24,000 nt of DNA from Bacillus solitudinis (GTDB lineage: Bacteria > Bacillota > Bacilli > Bacillales > Bacillaceae_D). The stretch covers positions 4,135,700 to 4,159,699 of the forward strand of contig NZ_KZ454943.1 of the NCBI RefSeq assembly GCF_002797395.1, written 5' to 3'. How positions within the stretch are numbered: the stretch's first letter is position 1; each line of letters begins with the position of its first letter. Of the stretch, positions 8,092 to 16,945 are shown piece after piece. Below the pieces are notes generated by a model, which did not search any database, was not told where the DNA came from, and worked only from the letters and a program-made list of their open reading frames with translations. The translations under genes and the position numbers were made by a program.

Positions 8092-8120
8092 CCCTCTCAA
8101 ACATCATTGTTTTGAGAGGG
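8092..8120 (-). terminator. hairpin directly after the MocR gene stop
   Basis: ccctctcaaa / tttgagaggg form a 10-bp perfect stem. The tail is T-rich on the + strand (TTTTaag) and weaker on the - strand. Confidence 0.55.
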
Positions 8121-8122
8121 TT

Positions 8123-9496
8123 TTAAGAGTAAAAATTATTTCGAGTAATATTTGTACTTCTACTGTTAATTAAAGCAATACAATGGGCCAATCGCTCTAC
8201 CCCGAGTTTAATTTGACTCTCATCGACTTGAGATATGCTTAAACGCAGGAGATTTTCCTTTTTATATTCTGGTAAAAACATTCTAGAGGCATCATCAATA
8301 TAGATATGCTGCTCGTTTAGCATATGAACTACCTGTTTCGCGGTTACATTCTCCGGCAAACTGATGGATAGATAGAACCCTGAAGTAGGTTTTGAAAAAT
8401 CAGTATTAGCTGGTAGCAATACTTCACATGCTTCTTGGAGTATTTGCATTTTAGTACGGTAGAACTCTTTTATCTTTTTCAGATGGTTATTAAACATTCC
8501 ACTTTTTAAATAAATTTCAAGAGCACCTTGAGAAAGTGCTGAACTGTTAAAATCCGAGCTGAATTTATATCGCAAAAAATTATTAATCATTAATGTAGGA
8601 AGAACAACTGTGGCAATTCGTAACCCTGGGAGAAAAACTTTTGAAAAGCTTTTAATATAGATCACTCTCCCGGAAGGATCATAAGAAAATAAAGGATCTG
8701 ATTTTGCATTTGGGTCAAGGTCTCCTAAAAAATCATCTTCCACTATATATACATCGTATTTTTCAGCTAACTCAACGATCTTTTTCTTTTCAATATTCGA
8801 GTAACAGTGTCCAAGTGGATTATGAAATCTCGGAATAATATAGAAAAATTTTATATCATTGTTTCGAAAAATGTATTCCAGACGATCAAAATCTATGCCT
8901 TCCATCGATAACTCAATTCCAAAAGTATTAGCTTGTTGTAGGTTGATAGACTCAATGAAGCCGAAATAAGTAGGCTGTTCAATAAGGATATTGTTCTTTC
9001 CATTTGGAAACGGCATAGAAACGAGTAAATTAAGGGCTTGCTGAGATCCAGAAACAACGACTAATCTTTCAGGTTGAGTGAACACTTGTAGATTCTGAAG
9101 ATATTTTACTAACTGTACCCGTAATGAGTAAAGACCTTGTTGATCAGAGTATGTGAAAAGCTCTTCTTTATAATGTTCAATTGCTTGATTCATACAGTGT
9201 TGAAAATCAACATAAGGCATAACGTTTTTATCTGGGCCAGCAGACAAGAAATCAATCACATCAATTTCGTCCGTCTCATGTTTAAAATCATTTACTACAA
9301 AGTAGCCGCTTTTAGGAACGGAATAAATGAAATGCTCTTTTTCTAGTTCTTCATATGCTTTAATGACCGTATTTTTACTACATGAAAAATGCTCAGATAG
9401 CTGACGAATAGAAGGTAGTTTACTCCCTGCATTAAGTGACCCATCTGCTAGCCTATGCTTAATTTCCTCCATTATCTTAACGTATTTTGAGCTCAT
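8123..9496 (-). CDS. MocR/GabR/PdxR-type regulator (GntR winged HTH fused to a PLP aminotransferase-like domain)
   Basis: N-terminal KLPSIRQLSEHFSCSKNTVIKAYEELE. C-terminal fold-type I domain with SFSKVFLPGLR (PLP lysine context). ATG at 9496 lies 8 nt after AAGGAGA. Confidence 0.85.
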   Translation of the reverse strand: MSSKYVKIMEEIKHRLADGSLNAGSKLPSIRQLSEHFSCSKNTVIKAYEELEKEHFIYSVPKSGYFVVNDFKHETDEIDVIDFLSAGPDKNVMPYVDFQHCMNQAIEHYKEELFTYSDQQGLYSLRVQLVKYLQNLQVFTQPERLVVVSGSQQALNLLVSMPFPNGKNNILIEQPTYFGFIESINLQQANTFGIELSMEGIDFDRLEYIFRNNDIKFFYIIPRFHNPLGHCYSNIEKKKIVELAEKYDVYIVEDDFLGDLDPNAKSDPLFSYDPSGRVIYIKSFSKVFLPGLRIATVVLPTLMINNFLRYKFSSDFNSSALSQGALEIYLKSGMFNNHLKKIKEFYRTKMQILQEACEVLLPANTDFSKPTSGFYLSISLPENVTAKQVVHMLNEQHIYIDDASRMFLPEYKKENLLRLSISQVDESQIKLGVERLAHCIALINSRSTNITRNNFYS

Positions 9497-9661
9497 ATAT
9501 GTATTCTCCTTCAAACTAAACTGTACAGGTACAGTCGAGTGAAAAAATGGTTTATTTGTATTATGTGTACCTATTAATATGTTAATTATATCAGAACTGT
9601 TTTTAAGAAAAAAAGTAAAAATGGTACAGATATGATACGAAGTAAGAAGGGTAGGTAGGAT

Positions 9662-10555
9662 ATGATGCAGAGAAAAATCAGAGAGAAATATGGGTTATTA
9701 TTGGGATTAGTAGGCGTTATATGTTTTAGCTTAACGCTCCCTGCTACAAGTATGGCAGTAGAGTTTTTTGGGACCACGGTTGTCGGGTTAGGAAGGACAG
9801 TTGTTGTCGCTATTTTAGTTGCAGTTGTATTGTTGGTTCGAAAAGAAAAACTCCCTTCTCCTCGCCAATTCAAAAGTCTACTTGTTATTGCTTTTGGCGC
9901 TGTTTTAGGATTTCCCCTCCTTACTTCTTGGGCAATGGAAACCTTGCCTGTTTCTCATGGAGCTATGGAACTAGCGCTGCTCCCATTAGCCACAGCTGGA
10001 ATTGCAATGTTTAGAGCTGGTGAAGTCCCATCTCTCAAATTCTGGATTTCAAGTATAATTGGCTCGTTAGCTGTTATTGTGTATGCCCTTCACCTCGGGT
10101 TCGGTCAATTACAATTTGCCGATTTAGCTTTACTAGCAGCAGTGATAATACTTGGACTTAGTTATGTTGAGGGTGGGAATTTAGCGAAAGAATTAGGAAG
10201 TTGGCAAGTCATTGCTTGGGCGATTATGATCGGTGCCCCATTTTTTATTATTCCAGTTGGGCTAAACCTTACAACTGAAATGCTCCATGCTCCCATACAT
10301 GCTTGGGTCAGTTTCTTTTATCTCGCAGTTGTTAGTCAATTTCTGGCATATGTTGCTTGGTATAGCGGAATGGCTATGGGCGGAATAGCAAGAGTTAGTC
10401 AGATTCAATACTTACAACCATTTTTGATGATACTATTTGCAACAGTTTTCCTCAATGAATCTATCACATTTTTCACTCTTATCATAGCTGTGATCGTTGT
10501 CTTTTCTGTTATTTCAGGCAAAAATGCTCCCGTATCAAAAAAAGCATTTGTATGA
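9662..10555 (+). CDS. DMT-superfamily (EamA-like) transporter
   Basis: 297 aa with about 10 predicted hydrophobic helices in a two-repeat EamA pattern. Divergent from the MocR regulator. Confidence 0.8.
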   Translation: MMQRKIREKYGLLLGLVGVICFSLTLPATSMAVEFFGTTVVGLGRTVVVAILVAVVLLVRKEKLPSPRQFKSLLVIAFGAVLGFPLLTSWAMETLPVSHGAMELALLPLATAGIAMFRAGEVPSLKFWISSIIGSLAVIVYALHLGFGQLQFADLALLAAVIILGLSYVEGGNLAKELGSWQVIAWAIMIGAPFFIIPVGLNLTTEMLHAPIHAWVSFFYLAVVSQFLAYVAWYSGMAMGGIARVSQIQYLQPFLMILFATVFLNESITFFTLIIAVIVVFSVISGKNAPVSKKAFV

Positions 10556-10742
10556 AAGAAAAACTAGCTCCCTGTTGACTTGCTAATTAATTAAGTAGGG
10601 GAAGGGAGGAGGCTCATCAGTATTATATTCATAGAGGGTTTGTAGAATTTGACTAAGAGGGGAAACAAATTAACAATCATATATTAAAGGTATGAAAATA
10701 TAAGTGAAAAAGTTGGACTTAAGTATATAAAAGCTGGTTATT

Positions 10743-10756
10743 GTGAATTAATTCAC
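10743..10756. promoter_or_regulatory. perfect 14-nt palindrome resembling a Rex or Crp/Fnr-type box
   Basis: GTGAATTAATTCAC sits in the context TTGTGAA-TTAA-TTCACtt. Compare TTGTGAA-N4-TTCACAA (Rex) and TGTGA-N6-TCACA (Fnr). It lies about 90 nt upstream of the lipoprotein gene. Confidence 0.3.
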
Positions 10757-10844
10757 TTAAACTATCGGGTGCATTCCTTAAACAAGCAGGGATTGTCTCT
10801 TTTCTTATTGAAGTAACTGAGACTATGGAGGGAGTCGTTTTATA

Positions 10845-11263
10845 ATGAAAAAAGTAATGTCATTTTTCATATTTGTTCTATTATCAGCTGGATGTAGTTC
10901 GGAATTGACTTTCACCGAAATTGAAATTGCTAATATGAATAATGATGTTCGTACTTTTTTGAAAGTGTAGAGGACACAAATGGTGTACATCTTTATTTCG
11001 AAGTGGACAGGGTAATATATGTGATGTTAAATGGAAAAAACATGATACAGGGTGAAAATGCTATTCATTTTACCGATTTTAGTGTGGATTCACACGGTAA
11101 AATATTAAACATTCATTATATTGAAGAAGAAACTGAAAATTATTCAGGTGCAACTTTAAAGCTTCAGGTAGTATATAAAATACACAAAGATAAGCAGTAT
11201 GAAACAATGCGAAGTTTTAAAAATGGCAATGAAGTGGCGTTTGAAGCTGTGTCAGGAAACTAA
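10845..11263 (+). pseudogene. lipoprotein gene frameshifted in a T6 run
   Basis: GGAGGGAG RBS. MKKVMSFFIFVLLSAGC is a signal peptide with a lipobox. Stop at 10968. Adding one T to the run at 10955-10960 gives ...DVRTFFESVEDTNGVHLYFEVDRVIYVMLNG..., continuous with the 11003-11263 ORF. Confidence 0.7.
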
Positions 11264-11343
11264 TTAACAATCTTCACTAACGGGTTGAGACAGCTCCTTT
11301 TTGTGCTAACGGGCAGTAAGTATCATTTCTTAATACATAGTAG

Positions 11344-11466
11344 ACGGATACTGCGCAGTAAAGTTGTTCATTTTTAAATGACTTTGTGAATGAATGTACT
11401 TAAGCTAAATCTTAAGATTTGTGTAGCTCGTTCAATGGTATACCGTATTAATAGGTAAAAATATTG
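11344..11466 (+). repeat. Copy A of a ~120-nt dispersed intergenic homology block
   Basis: 11379-11404 (tgactttgtgaatgaatgtacttaag) matches 21854-21879 at 23/26. taccgtatta follows at an identical 36-nt spacing in both copies. Flanks align with indels. Confidence 0.6.
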
Positions 11467-11593
11467 CTAAAGCCCACTATGATTACAGCCATCTAGTACT
11501 AACTAGTGTAAGTAGGAGTTAGAATTTATTAAATTGTTTACTTCTTTCTCGACCTTTAAATTATCCAACCAAAAAATGTGGTAGTTCGTTAAG

Positions 11594-11633
11594 AGCAGTT
11601 CAATTATATGGAATTGAACTGCTTATTTGTTTG
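11594..11633 (+). terminator. leader terminator / attenuator upstream of the PTS operon
   Basis: agcagttcaatt / aattgaactgct form a 12-bp perfect stem with a 6-nt loop, followed by tail TATTTGTTTG. It lies 148 nt before the PTS start codon. Confidence 0.7.
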
Positions 11634-11780
11634 AGGCGACTATTATAGATATAGTAATTACTTCAACTGCCTCTCCCAAAAAATATTCGTTGATGAGTTG
11701 AGTATATATAAATCATTTTTAGAGGATAGTAAAAACATCAATTTTAATTATGATGTAAATCGCTAAAAGGAGGGTATATA

Positions 11781-13667
11781 GTGGACTATAACGAAACAGC
11801 CAGGGAGATTCTTCGTAATGTCGGTGGCCAAGAAAATGTCCAACAGGCCATTCATTGTATGACTCGATTACGTTTTAACTTGAATGATAACACCAAAGTG
11901 AATAGAACTGAACTTGAAAATGTCCCAGGTGTTATGGGTACTAATATAAGTGGTAGCCAGTTTCAAGTCATTATAGGTAATGAAGTGCCTAAAGTGTACA
12001 ACGCAATTATGGAGAATAGCAACCTCGGGGCAGGAGGAACTAAAAATAATGGTGCACCTAAGGAAAAAGAAGGTATAATTAGTACCATTTTTGATGTTAT
12101 TTCTGGTACATTCACCCCTATTCTACCAGCCATTGCTGGTGCCGGAATGATCAAGGGGATACTCGCAATTGTCACGACATTTGGCTGGCTTTCACCTGAG
12201 AGTCAAACGTATATTATCCTAAATGCAATTGGTGACGGTGCTTTCTTTTTCTTACCAATCCTGTTAGCTTTTAGTGCGGCAAAGAAGTTCGGAAGCAATC
12301 CGTTTATCGGGGCTGCAATTGCTGCTGCTATTTTACATCCTAGTATTACATCCTTACTAGGAGCAGCCGAGCAAGTACATTTTTTAGGGCTTCCAGTGAC
12401 TGCAGTTACATATTCGTCCACTGTAATTCCCATATTACTTGGAATATGGATTGCCTCTTATGTTGAAAGGCTAGTTGACCGGATTACACATAGCTCTATC
12501 AAACTCATTGTAGTACCGACGTTAACTTTGTTGATTATGGTGCCTATCATTTTAATAACAGTAGGACCTTTAGGATTTATCATAGGTGAATGGTTGTCAG
12601 TGGGAGTGGAAACGTTATTCAATGTAGCTGGCTTCCTTGCATCCGCATTACTAGGGGGAACATGGTCGTTAATTATTATGACGGGTATGCACTACGCCTT
12701 TTTACCAATCGTATTTAATAACATTGCCACAAATGGTTATGATTACTTAATCACTACGATGTTTGCTGCTAATATGGGACAGGCTGGAGCAGCACTGGCT
12801 GTTGGATTAAAATCAAAAGACAAACAATTTAGAGCATTAGCAACAACGACTAGTTTAACCGCGCTTATGGGTATTACAGAACCGGCTATGTACGGGGTAA
12901 ATATGAGGCTTAAGAAGCCATTCATCGCTGCACTCATTGGTGGTGCTGCAGGTGGATTATGGATGGGCATCTTTAATGTAAAATACTATATTTTAGGCGG
13001 TAATGTTGGATTACCTGGTGTTGCTTCTCTAATAGGACCAACCTTCCTTCAAGGTATCATTGGTATGGTAATATCTTTTGTTGTTGCATTAATAGTTGGA
13101 TTGCTGCTAGGTTTCAAGGATGTAACGAAAGCAACTACGGAGCCATTAGCACAGGATAAAGTAAATATAGTAGAGCGAGTAAATGAAGGGGAGCCTAACG
13201 GCGATGCAACAGTAAAGGCTGAAGATATAATGAGTCCATTAAATGGTGAAATAAAGGATTTATCGGAAGTAAATGATCCAACCTTCTCGAAAAGAATGAT
13301 GGGTAACGGTATAGCGATAATTCCTAATGATGGAGTGGTTGTCTCTCCTGTAGAAGGAACTGTCACAGCCTTATTTCCGACCAACCATGCAATTGGTATT
13401 ACAAGTAAAAATGGAGCAGAAATTTTAGTTCATGTTGGATTAGAAACTGTAAACCTAAATGGGAAATACTTTGATTCACATATTAATTTAGGTGATAGCG
13501 TTCAGCCTGGTGACAAGCTGATTACGTTTGATGTAAATGGAATTAAATCAGAAGGTTATGATTTAATTACACCTGTCATCATTTCCAACACAGACCGATA
13601 TGAATCAATTAGTCCTGCTTGTGACAACAACATTCATAAAGGTGACATTCTTCTTCAACTTAAATAA
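11781..13667 (+). CDS. PTS beta-glucoside-family transporter, fused EIIB-EIIC-EIIA (BglP/BglF-like)
   Basis: GTG start after AAAGGAGGG. EIIB active-site Cys in IHCMTRLRF. Long polytopic EIIC. EIIA segment HAIGITSKNGAEILVHVGLETV. Confidence 0.9.
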   Translation: MDYNETAREILRNVGGQENVQQAIHCMTRLRFNLNDNTKVNRTELENVPGVMGTNISGSQFQVIIGNEVPKVYNAIMENSNLGAGGTKNNGAPKEKEGIISTIFDVISGTFTPILPAIAGAGMIKGILAIVTTFGWLSPESQTYIILNAIGDGAFFFLPILLAFSAAKKFGSNPFIGAAIAAAILHPSITSLLGAAEQVHFLGLPVTAVTYSSTVIPILLGIWIASYVERLVDRITHSSIKLIVVPTLTLLIMVPIILITVGPLGFIIGEWLSVGVETLFNVAGFLASALLGGTWSLIIMTGMHYAFLPIVFNNIATNGYDYLITTMFAANMGQAGAALAVGLKSKDKQFRALATTTSLTALMGITEPAMYGVNMRLKKPFIAALIGGAAGGLWMGIFNVKYYILGGNVGLPGVASLIGPTFLQGIIGMVISFVVALIVGLLLGFKDVTKATTEPLAQDKVNIVERVNEGEPNGDATVKAEDIMSPLNGEIKDLSEVNDPTFSKRMMGNGIAIIPNDGVVVSPVEGTVTALFPTNHAIGITSKNGAEILVHVGLETVNLNGKYFDSHINLGDSVQPGDKLITFDVNGIKSEGYDLITPVIISNTDRYESISPACDNNIHKGDILLQLK

Positions 13668-13704
13668 AGACATATATTTTTAAAAAATTAGGGGGCAACA
13701 GTAA

Positions 13705-15147
<1,443 letters not shown>

Positions 15148-15177
15148 AGCCATTTAAGATTCTTTATAACTTGGAGG

Positions 15178-15206
15178 AGAGAAGGAGTTGTATATACTCC
15201 TTCTCT
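15178..15206 (+). terminator. hairpin after the 6-phospho-beta-glucosidase gene
   Basis: agagaaggagt / actccttctct form an 11-bp perfect stem with a 7-nt loop. The T-tail is poor (tcacatt). Confidence 0.5.
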
Positions 15207-15212
15207 TCACAT

Positions 15213-15376
15213 TGGTATAATACCCTTTTATCATTTAACTTACTTGGCCATTCCAATGAATAACCTTAAATCGCTATGTAACTTATAGGAAGACGAGAAA
15301 CCACAAATCCACTTGCTGCATAGTACAAATATACTGGCTTAAGAGACGATTGCACTTGAAGTGATCGTCTTTTTTA
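15213..15376 (+). ncRNA. candidate ~150-nt small transcript (extended -10 promoter to intrinsic terminator)
   Basis: TGgTATAAT at 15213-15221. Terminator agacgat / atcgtct plus T7 at 15344-15376. The only ORF inside is 9 codons. No known RNA family recognised. Confidence 0.3.
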
Positions 15377-15589
15377 ATTACAGGCTAAAAACTCCAGGAA
15401 ATTACGAAACTATTCAATCTCCTTATATATAAAATTTAAGTATTTTTGGTGTATAATTAGGTAATCCTTGGTTTACCGATAAAAACTAAGGAGAGTCGAT
15501 TAGAAGAGCAAATATTATCAGATTTAGTGAAAGTTTAAATGGAGTTGTTTCCAAATATCGAAGTAGAAACTACAAAAAATAAATTATCT

Positions 15590-16520
15590 ACTGGATTGTC
15601 AACTCTAAACTAGACAACTTTTTTAAGGTGTCCAAGTTTGAACTCAATTGGGCTCAGATAGCCTAATGTTCCATGGATCCGTTTGTAATTAAACCAATGG
15701 ATATACTTGTGTCATTCGTTTTCTAGTTCATCAAGACTGTCAAAATGACGACCCCTTATGAACTCAGTCTTGATGATTTTAAACGTGGCTTCTGCTACTG
15801 CATTATCATAAGGACATCCTTTCATACTTAACGATCGCTGGATGTTAAATGTCGCTAATGCATCATCAATAAGCTTGTTTTTAAATTCACTTCCGCGATC
15901 TGTATGAAAAAGTTTGATTTTATGTAAATCCGTTTTTATGGACGCTAAAGCACGATAAACTAATAAAGCACTTTTATGACGACCGGCGCTATATCCAATG
16001 ATTTCACGATTATAAAGATCAACAAATACACATATGTACTGCCATTTTTTATTGACTCTCACATAGGTTAAATCACTCACAACGACTGATAATGCTTCAT
16101 TTTGTATGAATTGACGGTCAAGTTCATTTTTCTGTTCTGATTCATTTGTTCCGCTGGAGTGTGGCTTGAATTGTGCAAGCGTATAAGTGGAAACCAAGCC
16201 CTGCTCTTTCATAACTCGTCCGATCCGACGTCTAGAGACGATTTTTCCACGCTTCTTTAATTCCTTTTTAATTTTACGAGTCCCATAGTTTTGATAGTTC
16301 GAATGGAAAATCTCTATTATATCGGAAGTGATATCATCTTCGGCCTGACGCTCTTTTGCTAATAATAATAGGTGCTCCTGGGGAGTTGTAGGACCTTGCA
16401 CATTGCTGATATCGAGTATTTGTGTTGATTATTCTTAATCCCATTTACTTTCGTCCTAGTATCAGCGCGGCTTGCTTTAAAATGTCGTTCTCCATTTCTA
16501 ATTGCTTATAAGAATTCTAA
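15590..16520 (-). mobile_element. IS3-family insertion sequence remnant, 5'-truncated
   Basis: Only the last ~23 codons of OrfA remain (NSYKQLEMENDILKQAALILGRK*). OrfB carries DDE blocks. The candidate terminal repeat region is tactggattgtcaactctaaactagacaac near 15589-15618. No left end is present. Boundaries are approximate. Confidence 0.75.
15610..16401 (-). pseudogene. IS3-family transposase OrfB, disrupted
   Basis: DDE signature: VVSDLTYV, LFHTDRGSEF, YDNAVAEATFKIIKTE. An in-frame TGA at 15712-15714 cuts off the conserved tail HKYIHWFNYKRIHGTLGYLSPIEFKLGHLKKVV*. A frame change near 16355-16372 separates CKVLQLPRSTYYY* from KERQAEDD. Confidence 0.8.
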
Positions 16521-16533
16521 ATTTGAAGATAGA

Positions 16534-16872
16534 ATGGATAACATTTCGGTTGCTGTAACTATCTTTCTCTGCACGCTTTGTGGGTTGATTATAGGCTTTG
16601 ATGATCTAAGAATAGTATGGCTAAGTATATTTTTCATAATTGGGATACATTTCTTTGGTTTTTATTTTTCCCAAGGGAAACTTATGCTTTTGTTAGGGGG
16701 ATTAACAGCATTAAACTCCATAGTAGGATTACTATTAGTCAGTGTTCCATTTCTACTGTTCGCAGGGATTGATGGTATTATAAAAATTATAATTGGGTTC
16801 AGAATGTTATGTACAAAACGTCGGTTGGATAATTCTAATTTGAGTGATAAACCATTGGGGAAATTCAACTAA
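16534..16872 (+). CDS. hypothetical small membrane protein (3-4 TM helices)
   Basis: 112-aa hydrophobic ORF starting 14 nt from the IS remnant edge. No family recognised, and it may itself be truncated. Confidence 0.45.
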   Translation: MDNISVAVTIFLCTLCGLIIGFDDLRIVWLSIFFIIGIHFFGFYFSQGKLMLLLGGLTALNSIVGLLLVSVPFLLFAGIDGIIKIIIGFRMLCTKRRLDNSNLSDKPLGKFN

Positions 16873-16945
16873 TGGGTGCTTATGTTGAAGAAAAAAATAT
16901 ACATTTCACATCTACTTCAATTGATGAAAGGGGGGCTAAAACACG

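Noticed and set aside
9586-9873. 95-aa minus-strand ORF across the MocR-EamA spacer
   Set aside because: It is antisense to the EamA N-terminus and runs through the regulatory spacer. Its sequence is repetitive and low-complexity, with no RBS.
11754-11767. cre-like sequence tgtaaatcgctaaa just before the PTS RBS
   Set aside because: The central CG is displaced by one nucleotide relative to TGWAANCGNTNWCA. It does not fit the CcpA consensus without an insertion.
11963-13384. Four minus-strand ORFs (70-111 aa) inside the PTS gene
   Set aside because: These are antisense shadows of a well-supported 628-aa EIIBCA gene, with low-complexity Ala/Pro/Ile-rich translations and no RBS. The same reasoning applies to 2438-2641(-), 6809-7018(+), 9137-9346(+), 16662-16868(-), 17161-17352(-), 19143-19370(+), 20800-20994(-), 21270-21597(-) and 23729-23917(-).
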